From Lachnospiraceae bacterium (GTDB lineage: Bacteria; Bacillota; Clostridia; Lachnospirales; Lachnospiraceae): a stretch of DNA of 64,000 nucleotides. Position 1 is the first letter of the stretch. Every line of letters starts with the position of its first letter. Below the pieces are notes generated by a model. It had not been told where the DNA came from and did not search any database. It saw only the letters and a list, made by a program, of their open reading frames with translations. The position numbers and the translations under genes were made by a program. The stretch lies in contig JAAUZZ010000021.1 of the NCBI GenBank assembly GCA_014804345.1, forward strand, positions 116,923 to 180,922, in the 5' to 3' direction. Of this stretch, positions 1 through 9,870 are shown in pieces.

Positions 1-108
1 TGGAACGCTTGCCTGATAATATGCATACGATGCCCAACAGAACATACCGATTGCAAAGCCGAGAAAAATATATAAAGACAATACGTATTTCATTTTTCTG
101 CTTTTCAT
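1..108 (-). CDS. 5' part of a membrane-anchored protein, probably SpoIVB peptidase (runs off window edge)
   Basis: ATG at 108 with AGAAAGGAG RBS; translates MKSRKMKYVLSLYIFLGFAIGMFCWASYAYYQASVP (basic N-terminus plus hydrophobic helix). The spoIVB call rests on the usual recN-spoIVB-spo0A synteny; no catalytic region is visible. Confidence 0.4.
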   Translation of the reverse strand, partial: MKSRKMKYVLSLYIFLGFAIGMFCWASYAYYQASVP

Positions 109-282
109 ATTCGTAACAAAGCTCCTTTCTCAGCCGCTCTAAATATTTACGATTTTTAAATGTAGTATATGAATTTTCATAAAAAATAGTCAGCAAAATG
201 ATTCCACGTATATTAAACAAAAGAAAAACAGCTTTAACCATTTTTATCCAAAATAGTCAAAACTGTCTTTCATTAATATTTT

Positions 283-3200
283 TTAATCTTCATCATTAAA
301 TTTTTTCTTTTTGCGCTTTTGTTCTCTCTTTTCCGCTCTTCTCGCTTTTGCTTCCTGTCTTCCCTGCTTACTCATGAGCAGATAGAAGCTTGGCAGCAGC
401 AGAAGAATCAACAACGTTGATGTGATAAGACCGCCTATGATAATGAGCGACATTCCTTTCATCATTGCCGCATTGTCGTTTGTCGTAAACACCATCGGTA
501 TCATGGAAAGAATTGTGGTGAGCGTCGTCATAAGGATTGGCCTTAAACGAATACGTCCGCTCTCCATCAACGCGTCATTGAGCGACATCGTTTCCTTTAG
601 CTGATTTGCAGTATCCACATATAAAATACCGTTGTTTACAACGATACCGACAAGCATCAGCACACCCATCAGCGAAGTCATATTGAGTGTCGAACCCGTG
701 ATAAACAAAAGGAAAAATGAACCAATCAAACTAAACGGGATACTGAGCATGACCATCGCCGAAAATCTGGGAGATTCAAACTGCATTGCCATAACAAGGA
801 AAATCAAGAAAACCGCTGTTGCTATCGCCTTTCCGATTGCGGTAAACTCCTCCATCATCATCTCGATCATCATACTATCCGTCTGACCCACGCCCTCGGG
901 AAACTCTCCGTTCTCAATCGCTTCCGAAACTGCGCTGTTAATTGCGCTCTGTGCTGTAAACTTCGACGCTTCTGTCGTGTACGCCGTGATGGACACTTGA
1001 TATTTTCCGTCGCTTCTCACAAGCGTTTCGGGCACATCGGAATACACAACCTCCGCCACATCACCAACCGTGATCGTCGTCCCGTAATTTGTCGAAAGCT
1101 CCAGCATCATAAGGTCATTTATCGTCGAATAGGTGTTCTTTGGAAATTCAAGCATTACAGAATACTCGTCAGTGCCGATATTCATCGTCATCGCTTCCTT
1201 GCCGCTGCTTGCATTGTACATCTCGCCCGCCACCTGTACCGCTGTAAGTCCCACATCCATACATTTGAGCGAATCAATCTTTATCTTTGCCTGCGACGCA
1301 TCGGAACTTAAGCTGTTTGCTGTCTTGATCACGCCCGGAACCTCAAGCATCATCAACTCAACCTGCTTTGAAGCCGTACGCAGATCGTCCATATTCTCAC
1401 CGCTTAAATCAATCTCCGTACTCGCCCCGACACTCATCATAGACGCCATACCGCTTCCGCCCGCCGTCACAGTGATACTCATATTTGTATAATCTTTTAA
1501 CAGTTGATTATACTCCTCCACAAGCTCATTGATACTCTTTTCACAATCTTCTGCGGGATACGCCGATATCGATGCCGAAGAACCGCTGATTGTGAGGTTA
1601 CAGCTCTCAAAATTTGCATCGTCTATGATCATCTGCTCGATAGCCTGCACATCTTCGTCCATAAGCTCAAGCCTTGTTCCGCTTCGCTGGTCAATACTAA
1701 TACTCACGCTGTCAATACCCGTTGCCGACATCAACTCCATGTCAAGCTGTCCCGCAAGAACAAAGGCAAGAATCAAAAGCGCTATCGCCACAAGCATAAC
1801 GGTCTTTTTCTTCAACATGATCTTGCCGAGAAGCCACTTATAACCGTTTCCGACTTTTTCAAGGATGCGGTTTGCCAAGATATTCTTTTTCTCCTTCGGC
1901 TTATACTTCCAGAAGAAAATCGGAATCAATGTGACAGCGGTAATCAGTGACGAAAGCATCGCTATAATGATCGTATAGCCAAGCTGTGAAAACATCTGTC
2001 CCGAAAGTCCCTTCATCAGCGACAACGGGAGATAAACAACCACAGTCGTGATGGTCGAAGCGGTAACTGAGTCTACCACTATCTTCGCACCGGCAAGCGC
2101 TGCCTCTTTATAGTCACGCTTTTCTTCCTTTAAGCGGAAACAGCTCTCCAAAACGACGATTGACGAGTCAACCATCATACCGATTGCGATAACCAGCGCA
2201 CCCATCGTCACCACGTTTAACGAAAAGCCCGCAAAACTCATAAAAATCAAGGTTGCCAAAAGCGAAATCGGCATGGAACTTCCCACGATCAGACTCGCCT
2301 TGAAATCTCCAAAAAAGACAAACAACACAACCATGGAGAAGATAACGCCAAGAACAAGCGTTTGCGCGACAGCGCTTAATGAATCAATAATGCTTTCCGC
2401 CGCATCATAGGAGATATCGATCTGAATAGCAGGATTTTTGGCTGCCGCCTTCTCTACTACCGCTTTAACTTCATTCGATACATCCACAGTACCTGCACTC
2501 TGCGCCTTTGCAATACCGACGCTGATGCTTTCCGTTCCGTTATAACGGCTGATACTGCTGTTGGTTCGCGTCGCCATCGAAACCGTGGCAACGTCGGACA
2601 GTCTTATTACCTGTCCTCTGTTGGTGATAAGGGGAACATTCTGCAGATCCATCAGCGTTTCCGGCTTTGAAGACGCCGATGTACTGATGTCCTGTCTTCC
2701 CTGTTCCATCGTACCGACGGGTATCGTAAAATCCGTCGTCGCAATATAGTTCGCAATATTTGACATTGTGATGCCGTACTGCTGAAGTTTCTCTTTATGA
2801 AGCGTCACACTGATGTACTGCGACGCGCCGCCCGAAATTGTCACATCGGCAATATCCGAGATTCTATCCAGCTCAGGCTCTATTTCCTCCTCCACAAAAG
2901 AAAGCACGTCAACATCTCCCGTGGACGTAACCGAAAGCGTCATCACGTCCATCGCGTCCATATTCATCTCAACGATCACAGGATCCTGTGCGTCGTCCGG
3001 AAGCTGCAAAGACGCCGTATCCAATGCGCTTCTAAGGTCAGAATAGGACTCACTTGTATCCGTACCATAGTCGTAGGTAAACATTACCATCGAGTAATTC
3101 GCACTAGAATAAGAATCAATCGAATTTACGCCCGAAAGCGTCTTTCCCGTATCCTCGACAATCTTTGTCACAAGCTCCTCGGTCGTTTCGGGATCGCCGC

Positions 3201-3360
3201 CCTGATAGATTGTCATGACAAAGAGCATGGGCATTTCCATATCGGGTGTCAGCTCCAGCTTGAACCCGAGCACAGAGTTGATTCCGAACACAACGAGCGC
3301 AAGCACGATCAAGAGTGCGGATACAGGTCTTTTCAAAGCAAGTTTCGTCAAGGAGTTCAT
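283..3360 (-). CDS. RND family efflux permease (AcrB/SwrC-like)
   Basis: 1025 aa; N-terminal ALKRPV, TM4 GMMVDSSIVVLE, GIVVNNGIL, RLRPILMTTLTT motifs. Confidence 0.93.
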   Translation of the reverse strand: MNSLTKLALKRPVSALLIVLALVVFGINSVLGFKLELTPDMEMPMLFVMTIYQGGDPETTEELVTKIVEDTGKTLSGVNSIDSYSSANYSMVMFTYDYGTDTSESYSDLRSALDTASLQLPDDAQDPVIVEMNMDAMDVMTLSVTSTGDVDVLSFVEEEIEPELDRISDIADVTISGGASQYISVTLHKEKLQQYGITMSNIANYIATTDFTIPVGTMEQGRQDISTSASSKPETLMDLQNVPLITNRGQVIRLSDVATVSMATRTNSSISRYNGTESISVGIAKAQSAGTVDVSNEVKAVVEKAAAKNPAIQIDISYDAAESIIDSLSAVAQTLVLGVIFSMVVLFVFFGDFKASLIVGSSMPISLLATLIFMSFAGFSLNVVTMGALVIAIGMMVDSSIVVLESCFRLKEEKRDYKEAALAGAKIVVDSVTASTITTVVVYLPLSLMKGLSGQMFSQLGYTIIIAMLSSLITAVTLIPIFFWKYKPKEKKNILANRILEKVGNGYKWLLGKIMLKKKTVMLVAIALLILAFVLAGQLDMELMSATGIDSVSISIDQRSGTRLELMDEDVQAIEQMIIDDANFESCNLTISGSSASISAYPAEDCEKSINELVEEYNQLLKDYTNMSITVTAGGSGMASMMSVGASTEIDLSGENMDDLRTASKQVELMMLEVPGVIKTANSLSSDASQAKIKIDSLKCMDVGLTAVQVAGEMYNASSGKEAMTMNIGTDEYSVMLEFPKNTYSTINDLMMLELSTNYGTTITVGDVAEVVYSDVPETLVRSDGKYQVSITAYTTEASKFTAQSAINSAVSEAIENGEFPEGVGQTDSMMIEMMMEEFTAIGKAIATAVFLIFLVMAMQFESPRFSAMVMLSIPFSLIGSFFLLFITGSTLNMTSLMGVLMLVGIVVNNGILYVDTANQLKETMSLNDALMESGRIRLRPILMTTLTTILSMIPMVFTTNDNAAMMKGMSLIIIGGLITSTLLILLLLPSFYLLMSKQGRQEAKARRAEKREQKRKKKKFNDED

Positions 3361-3373
3361 TTACCGGTTCCTC

Positions 3374-4843
3374 CTATTCCTGAGATGCCGTATCCACAAT
3401 GGATACGGCCACGCCGTCACGAAGCTGTGCCGACCATGTCGTGATCAGCATATCATTCTCCGTAAGTCCCTCGCTTATGACAATGCTCTCCGCATCATAA
3501 AGTCCGGTAGAAATATAGGTTTTCTTCGCTTTTCCGTCCACAACAAGATATACATACGCATCCGTGCCGTCATAGTAAACCGCATCATATGGTATGATAA
3601 GCGCATTGTTTTCATGATATGTATCGGTCGTCACCGTTGCCTTTGTGCCGGAAAGCAGAGCGGACGTATCGCCGTTCACACTCGCTTTCACCTTGAAAAG
3701 TCCTGTGGTCTGGTCAACTGCCGCACCAATCTCAACAATTTCTCCGCTATATGTATTCTCGTCCTTTGCCACGCTGACACTCTGACTGGTACTGAATGTA
3801 TTTCTCACGTCCTCGCTCACATAGAATGTTGCCACCATTGCATCTTTATTTGAGATCACAAACGCGGGACTGCTTGATGTGGCAAAATCGTGTTCGCTCA
3901 CATTCACGCTTTCAATAACACCCGATATCGTTGCCGTGATCGTATATGCGTCAAGACTCTCCTGCGCCTGTTCTATTCCAAGCTGCGCCGCAGAAATCGA
4001 ATTCTGCGATACTTTCTTTTGTTCCTCACGAAGCTCGCCATTGCTTAAATTACTTGAGGTCACTGCCTGACTGTAAGAGTTATATGTACTGTCAATATTT
4101 TTCTGAAGCTTATTGATCGTTTCCTCTAACTGGTCGATTGCCGACTTATAGTTTGAGATTTTTGCTTCTGTTGTTCCAACCTTGGTCGCTGCGTTTTGAT
4201 ACCGCTGCATCGCTGCCGCATAATCTGCCGCCTCTTTTGGATTGTTCGGATCAAAATTGTCTTCCGCGTAATCCTTAATCTCATCGACATCTTCCACAAA
4301 ATCGTATTCTTTCTTTAAGTCGTCAAGCTCTGCCTCCTCGTCCGCAAGCATGTCTTTGTAATATTGCAGATTATCCATCGCATCCACAAGGCTTTCCTGT
4401 AACGTGTCCACACCGTCTGCCGCCTGATCCAAGGTGCTGTCGGTCTGCATATTGTTTAAGGTTGTTGCCGCATCTCCATACGAAAGATTGTAAGCATGCT
4501 GTGCGTTGTCCAACTGCAATTGCGCATTTTTCATGGACATCTGCGCCATCGTGTCGTCAAGCACTGCAAGCACATCGCCCTCCTGTACCTTGTCACCGGC
4601 CTCAACATTGACCGCAAGCACTTCCGCCGTCGCTTTGGGTATGATATACACGGACTCGTCGGGATTGATCGTCGCAATAAAACTGTTTGAGAGTTTTAAG
4701 CTTCCCCTTTCCGGTTTTGACGCTTCAACGATCGCCACATCTTCAGCGGTTTCCTCCGCTGCCTGCTCACCACATCCCCAAAGGGAAACAGATGAGAGTG
4801 CGATACACAGAATCGCTGCCAATTTTTTCTGTATATTTTTCAT
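3374..4843 (-). CDS. RND periplasmic adaptor / membrane fusion lipoprotein
   Basis: Likely start ATG 4843 (AGGAGA RBS); lipobox SLWGC, lipoyl-like VEAGDKVQEGDVL and ITATISGVI halves around a long coiled coil; adjacent to RND gene. Confidence 0.88.
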   Translation of the reverse strand: MKNIQKKLAAILCIALSSVSLWGCGEQAAEETAEDVAIVEASKPERGSLKLSNSFIATINPDESVYIIPKATAEVLAVNVEAGDKVQEGDVLAVLDDTMAQMSMKNAQLQLDNAQHAYNLSYGDAATTLNNMQTDSTLDQAADGVDTLQESLVDAMDNLQYYKDMLADEEAELDDLKKEYDFVEDVDEIKDYAEDNFDPNNPKEAADYAAAMQRYQNAATKVGTTEAKISNYKSAIDQLEETINKLQKNIDSTYNSYSQAVTSSNLSNGELREEQKKVSQNSISAAQLGIEQAQESLDAYTITATISGVIESVNVSEHDFATSSSPAFVISNKDAMVATFYVSEDVRNTFSTSQSVSVAKDENTYSGEIVEIGAAVDQTTGLFKVKASVNGDTSALLSGTKATVTTDTYHENNALIIPYDAVYYDGTDAYVYLVVDGKAKKTYISTGLYDAESIVISEGLTENDMLITTWSAQLRDGVAVSIVDTASQE

Positions 4844-4887
4844 AATATTTTCTCTCCTATTAAACTTATTCATTCGCTATTTTATAC

Positions 4888-4902
4888 AAAAAAAAAAAAA
4901 AA
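4888..4902. repeat. A15/T15 homopolymer tract in the divergent promoter region
   Basis: 15 consecutive A on + strand, 45 bp upstream of the likely adaptor start. Confidence 0.9.
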
Positions 4903-5006
4903 TGAAAGTAAAAAATGAATTTCTTTATTTTTCTTTTAGATTCTTTCGCAAATTTTTCCATTTTTATAAAAAACAGCTAAAATATATAAATTTTTTATAA
5001 TTTTAC

Positions 5007-5036
5007 TTGTTCTTTTATCGAGTTATTTATTATAAT
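5007..5036 (+). promoter_or_regulatory. sigma-A-like promoter
   Basis: TTGTTC-N18-TATAAT upstream of the + strand gene. Confidence 0.5.
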
Positions 5037-5093
5037 AGAAAGCAGTAACGATTCTATACATTTTACAATATGATTTTTATGAGGAGAAAATTA

Positions 5094-5792
5094 ATGAAAA
5101 AGCATTTAAAAAAATTTATCTGCGCCGTTTTGAGCGCTGCCCTGATTGCATCTGTTGTGAACATTGCCCCGGCAGCAAACGTGTCCGCTAAGGAAAGCGT
5201 GGGAAACGGCATTATCCTGTCTACAGACACGATCACACTATCGGAGAACGGCGCTGCTACCTTTACGGCAGCGTTGGGTGAAGGATTTGACGCATCAAGA
5301 CTTACCTGTATTGTCGCAGATCCGAATGTCGCTACCGTGACACCGGTTGCATATGCCGCAAACGTCGCAGGCTTTCAAGTAAACTATGTCGGACTCGGCA
5401 CAACTGTCGCAGCGGTTGTCCACATGGATAATCCCGCTGTAATCGCATACGCCGCGATCAATGCATCGTCTGTCATTATGAACATTCCGTCAAAGCTCGG
5501 TGTCGATAAGAAAAATTACTGCGAACTGGTAAGCTATGAGTTTGTTCCGTATGATTTTACTTACGAAAATTTTAACGATTACAAGAGCACGTTAAAGCTT
5601 CAATATAAGTGTGTTTCCTATGGCGATGAAGATTACAGAAAATGGGGCTGCTACGGATATTTCTATGATGCTTCCGGAAACGTTCTCTCAAAGGTCCGCC
5701 TCTATTGCAGCGCACTCTCTGTGGGCAGAGTTTATAAGAGCGAATTCAATGTGCCGGTCAATGCGGTAAGGTTTTCAATCGAAGGGTTTTAA
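5094..5792 (+). CDS. Secreted hypothetical protein (Ig-like region, FxLYD-like C-terminus)
   Basis: ATG 5094 after GAGGAG; signal peptide MKKHLKKFICAVLSAAL; VADPNVATV and GYFYDASGNVL motifs. Confidence 0.65.
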   Translation: MKKHLKKFICAVLSAALIASVVNIAPAANVSAKESVGNGIILSTDTITLSENGAATFTAALGEGFDASRLTCIVADPNVATVTPVAYAANVAGFQVNYVGLGTTVAAVVHMDNPAVIAYAAINASSVIMNIPSKLGVDKKNYCELVSYEFVPYDFTYENFNDYKSTLKLQYKCVSYGDEDYRKWGCYGYFYDASGNVLSKVRLYCSALSVGRVYKSEFNVPVNAVRFSIEGF

Positions 5793-5805
5793 TAATTTAT
5801 TCGGC

Positions 5806-5844
5806 AAAAATGCGGGCATCGAATGTTCGACTGCCCGCATTTTT
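5806..5844. terminator. Bidirectional intrinsic terminator
   Basis: AAAAATGCGGGCA...TGCCCGCATTTTT perfect stem between convergent genes. Confidence 0.85.
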
Positions 5845-7543
5845 ATTTGTTTTTGTTCACAAACTCCGTTTTCTTCCCCCGCGCATTCGCGATCAACTCC
5901 CGCGCATTCTCCCGCACGGTGTCTGTCAGTTCATCACTGCCGAGCATTCTTGCAAGCTCGTCGACAACCTGTGATTCATCCATCTCATTGATATCCGTCA
6001 CTGTCATATTGTCAACCACCTGTTTCGCAATGATAAAATGCGTGTCCGCCATCGCCGCAATCTGCGGAAGATGCGTGATGCAGATAATCTGATGGCTCTT
6101 TGATAGCCGTCCAAGCTTTTCCGATACCTTCCATGCCGTCTTGCCGCTGATACCCGCGTCAATCTCATCAAAAATCATTGTCGGGATCTTATCCCTCGAC
6201 GCAAGCACCGTCTTAAGCGCAAGCATAATACGCGAAAGTTCGCCGCCGCTTGCCACGTTTCCAAGACTCTTTAATGGCTCTCCGGGATTGGTGGAAATCA
6301 TAAACTCCACGTCATCATAGCCCGATGCCGATATCTCCTGCTCTCCTCTTACCTGTATCTCATACTGCACATCAAGGAAATTCAAATCGGTGAGCGCATC
6401 GGTCATCTCTTTCGCAAGGCGTTTTGCCTCCTTTGCCCTGATATCCGATGCCTTTGCACACAAATCCGTAAGCTCCTTATATGCTTCCGAAAGCTTGCGC
6501 TCCAGTTCTGCCTTGTATTCATCCGCATTTTTTAGCTTTTCTATTTTCTGCTCAAGCTCCGCCTGATATTCAAGAACACGTGTAATGTTTCCGCCATACT
6601 TTAACTTAAGGTGATTTAGCGTATTCAGACGTTCCTGTGTATCCGCAAACGTCTGCGCGTCAAACTCCATATCCGACATATATTCCGAAATGCCGCGATT
6701 AAAATCGCTCAAAAGCAAATCGACATTTTCAAGTTCATCCGCAAGCTCCCTTGCCTTCTCGTCATAGCTCTCAACACTCCTTAAATCACGAATCGCATGT
6801 CCGATCATATCGCCCGCCGACTGTGCGCCGCTTCCGGTAAGCTGATACGCGCGTCCCGCCGCCTCCACAATCTGCCTGCTGTTTGACATCTTCTGAAACA
6901 ATGCCTCAAGTTCATCGTCCTCCCCCTCAACAAGGGCTGCATCCTCAATCTCCTTATACTCAAACTCCGCAAGAGAAAGCTCCTTTGCCATTCCTCCCTC
7001 ATCGGAGTTAAGCGCGGCTAACTCCCGTTTCATGCTTGTATACGCGCTGTAATTTTCACTAAGTTCCTCCTTGATGCGGCAAAGCTTCTCACTCGCAAAG
7101 GAATCCAAAATCTCCATATGGTTTTTCTTATATAAAAGCGACTGATGCTCATGCTGACCGTGAATGTCAATTAAAAGCTCGCTCAACGCCTTAATCTGCT
7201 TCGCCGTTACCGTTTCCCCACAGATTTTAAAGACGCTTCTGTTTGGCTGCATTTTTCTCTGAATAATCACGAGCCCGTCCTCTTCAACGGGAATTTCAAG
7301 CGTCTTGATCAAGTCAAGCATCTCATCATCCTCTACCTGAAATACCAGCTCCACAAGTGCGTATTCCGCGCCGTTTCTGATCATATCCTTGTCCGCTTTC
7401 GCTCCGAGCGCAAGATTAATGGAGCCGATAATGATCGATTTACCGGCTCCCGTTTCTCCACTCAAAATATTTAATCCTTCTTTAAAAGTAACTTCTGTCT
7501 CCGTTATCAGAGCTAGATTTTTCACGTGTAAACTCACTAACAT
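5843..7543 (-). CDS. recN: DNA repair protein RecN
   Basis: GETGAGKS Walker A, ASGGELSRIML, FDEIDAGISG, CITHLPQIAA. Confidence 0.97.
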   Translation of the reverse strand: MLVSLHVKNLALITETEVTFKEGLNILSGETGAGKSIIIGSINLALGAKADKDMIRNGAEYALVELVFQVEDDEMLDLIKTLEIPVEEDGLVIIQRKMQPNRSVFKICGETVTAKQIKALSELLIDIHGQHEHQSLLYKKNHMEILDSFASEKLCRIKEELSENYSAYTSMKRELAALNSDEGGMAKELSLAEFEYKEIEDAALVEGEDDELEALFQKMSNSRQIVEAAGRAYQLTGSGAQSAGDMIGHAIRDLRSVESYDEKARELADELENVDLLLSDFNRGISEYMSDMEFDAQTFADTQERLNTLNHLKLKYGGNITRVLEYQAELEQKIEKLKNADEYKAELERKLSEAYKELTDLCAKASDIRAKEAKRLAKEMTDALTDLNFLDVQYEIQVRGEQEISASGYDDVEFMISTNPGEPLKSLGNVASGGELSRIMLALKTVLASRDKIPTMIFDEIDAGISGKTAWKVSEKLGRLSKSHQIICITHLPQIAAMADTHFIIAKQVVDNMTVTDINEMDESQVVDELARMLGSDELTDTVRENARELIANARGKKTEFVNKNK

Positions 7544-7566
7544 ATTCTATTTAATCTCCTATATCA

Positions 7567-7623
7567 CAAATCTGTGTCTTTACACAAATTTGCCGATTGA
7601 AAAAACAACGATTTTTCAATCTA
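7567..7623. repeat. Intergenic double-hairpin element, family B (diverged copy)
   Basis: caaatctgtg-tcttta-cacaaatttg-cc-gattgaaaaa...tttttcaatc-ta; same architecture as copies at 22043, 35525, 45438. Confidence 0.75.
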
Positions 7624-8073
7624 TCCTTGTATGATTTCCTCCAATTTTTCCATAACCGCTTTCGTATCCTCCACGGTCTTGATTGCCGCCATAATCGTAT
7701 CATCGCCCGCGATGCAGCCGACAATCTCCGGCAGCTTCATCGCATCGACTGCCGCGGCAACTGCCATCGCCATCCCCTGCACCGTCTTGATCACAAGGAT
7801 GTTCTGCGCCATATTCATGGATACGAAACCGTCGCGCAGCACGCGGATATACTTATCGCTTAACTTTCCGTCTTCTTTTGGCAGCACGATATACTTCTGT
7901 CTGCCGCCTCCGATTGAAATCTTTGACAGATTCAACTCACGGATATCCCTTGAAACCGTTGCCTGTGTAACGTCAAATCCTTCCTGTCGCAAATATGACA
8001 CAAGCTCCTCCTGCGTTTCAATGTCATAATTGTTGATAAAATCCACTATCATCTCATGTCGTCTTTTTTTCAT
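7621..8073 (-). CDS. argR: Arginine repressor
   Basis: ETQEEL, VTQATVSRDIREL, GCIAGDDTI. Confidence 0.97.
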   Translation of the reverse strand: MKKRRHEMIVDFINNYDIETQEELVSYLRQEGFDVTQATVSRDIRELNLSKISIGGGRQKYIVLPKEDGKLSDKYIRVLRDGFVSMNMAQNILVIKTVQGMAMAVAAAVDAMKLPEIVGCIAGDDTIMAAIKTVEDTKAVMEKLEEIIQG

Positions 8074-8101
8074 CTATCAATCCCCTACTACTGCCGCAAC
8101 A

Positions 8102-8914
8102 CTAGAATATACGCATCTTATTATGCATAATATCAAGGAAACTGACATCGCTTAGCTTTATGATCTTGGCAAATTTATCGGAACGGATAATCCTGATTTT
8201 ATCGCCCTCGTTTAAATTTACCGGGAATCTTCCGTCAAAGCTTGCGTCAACCTCCTGCTTTTCAGTGGGTTTATATTTTGCGATCTCAATATCGATTACG
8301 TCCTCCTCCGAGAGGATAATGGTTCTGTTATTTACAAGCGTATGCGAACACACAGGCGTCATCATGATCAGACGCGCCCTCGGCTCCACGATCGGACCTC
8401 CTGCGGACAGATTGTATGCCGTCGAACCTGTGGGCGTTGAGATAATGATACCGTCCGCGCTGTATGTACTCAAAAGATTTCCGTTTACATAAATATTAAA
8501 ATTGATGACATGCAGTGCGCCCTTTCTGCTGATAACAATATCATTGAGCGCCGTCTGCGGCATCATGCTCTCACCCGCCACAACCGGGATACCGCTTAAC
8601 ATCATGCGTGACTCAATTTCGTAATGCCCGTCGATCAGACTGTCAATTGCACTTTCGAGTTCTCCCCACTCTACCTCGGCAAGATAACCGAGCGTACCGA
8701 GATTAACGCCGATCATCGGAACGTGGCTTCCCACATATTCCTTCGCCGCTCTCAGCATCGTGCCGTCGCCTCCGAGCACCAGCATACCGTCAACCGTCTC
8801 GTCAATCTTGTCACTGACGACGCAGCCTTTTAATTGGAGATAATCGCGTATGTGCTTTGTATGTACTCCTGTCGGATCTTTTAATGTATTGGTATAAATA
8901 TAGAATTTTCTCAT
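8102..8914 (-). CDS. nadK: NAD kinase
   Basis: GGDGT, NLGTLGYL, LND, STPTGSTAYNLSAGGP; likely start ATG 8914 after GGAG. Confidence 0.96.
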   Translation of the reverse strand: MRKFYIYTNTLKDPTGVHTKHIRDYLQLKGCVVSDKIDETVDGMLVLGGDGTMLRAAKEYVGSHVPMIGVNLGTLGYLAEVEWGELESAIDSLIDGHYEIESRMMLSGIPVVAGESMMPQTALNDIVISRKGALHVINFNIYVNGNLLSTYSADGIIISTPTGSTAYNLSAGGPIVEPRARLIMMTPVCSHTLVNNRTIILSEEDVIDIEIAKYKPTEKQEVDASFDGRFPVNLNEGDKIRIIRSDKFAKIIKLSDVSFLDIMHNKMRIF

Positions 8915-9033
8915 TTTGGCTCCTAATATAAAGTGTTGATATATCAATCACAATTTTTTTATATATGTATATATAAAACGACTTTTGCCGTTTACTATGA
9001 TAGCACATTTTTTGAAAAGTATCCAGCCGTTCG

Positions 9034-9870
9034 CTAACCATCCAAAGTTTTATGTGCATTTTCAACAGTTTCTTTTATCAAAGATGCATAATTTTCTTTG
9101 ACATATGTTACAGCGTCAAAATCCTCCGCCACAGCCTCGGCTTTATGAATATGCATTAGATATTCAATATTTCCCTCCGGTCCCCTGATTGGCGAGAAGT
9201 CCAAATGCAAAAGCCGAAAGCCTTTTGCAAGCGTAAAAGCTATGACCGTTTCGATCACCTCTATATGTACCTTGGGTTCCCTTACAACGCCCTTTTTTCC
9301 AACCTTTTCTCTGCCCGCCTCAAACTGGGGCTTGATCAGGCATACCATCTGCGCATCGGATTTTAAGAGATCATACGCAGGACCTAAGATTTTGTCAAGC
9401 GAGATAAACGATACGTCCACAGACGCGAAATCAATCACATCCTCGATATCCTCAGGCTTTACATAGCGAAAATTGGTCTTTTCCATGCAGATCACACGTT
9501 CGTCATTGCGAAGTTTCCACGCAAGCTGACCGTGCCCCACATCAACGGCATAAACCTTTACCGCGCCATTTTGCAGCATACAGTCGGTAAAACCGCCCGT
9601 GGAAGCGCCGATATCCATGCAGATTTTGCCCGCAAGCGACACCCCGAATTGCTCGACCGCTTTCTCAAGTTTTAGTCCGCCGCGGCTTACATACTTGAGT
9701 GTATTTCCTCTCACGTCGATCGTTGATTTTTCCTCATCGAACATCGCGCCCGCCTTGTCCTCTTTCTGGTCATTGACATACACAGTTCCGGACATGATGA
9801 TTGCTTTTGCTTTTTCCCGGGACTCGGCAAGGCCCTGTTTCACAAGCAGTACATCTAAACGCTCTTTCAT
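9034..9870 (-). CDS. tlyA: TlyA family rRNA methyltransferase
   Basis: S4 domain ERLDVLL, YVSRGGLKL, DIGASTGGFTD, LIKPQFEAG. Confidence 0.96.
   Translation of the reverse strand: MKERLDVLLVKQGLAESREKAKAIIMSGTVYVNDQKEDKAGAMFDEEKSTIDVRGNTLKYVSRGGLKLEKAVEQFGVSLAGKICMDIGASTGGFTDCMLQNGAVKVYAVDVGHGQLAWKLRNDERVICMEKTNFRYVKPEDIEDVIDFASVDVSFISLDKILGPAYDLLKSDAQMVCLIKPQFEAGREKVGKKGVVREPKVHIEVIETVIAFTLAKGFRLLHLDFSPIRGPEGNIEYLMHIHKAEAVAEDFDAVTYVKENYASLIKETVENAHKTLDG

Noticed and set aside
8940-8980. AT-rich palindromes upstream of nadK-argR-recN as ArgR or LexA operators
   Set aside because: No convincing match to ARG box or Firmicute LexA box (GAAC-N4-GTTC); low-complexity AT sequence
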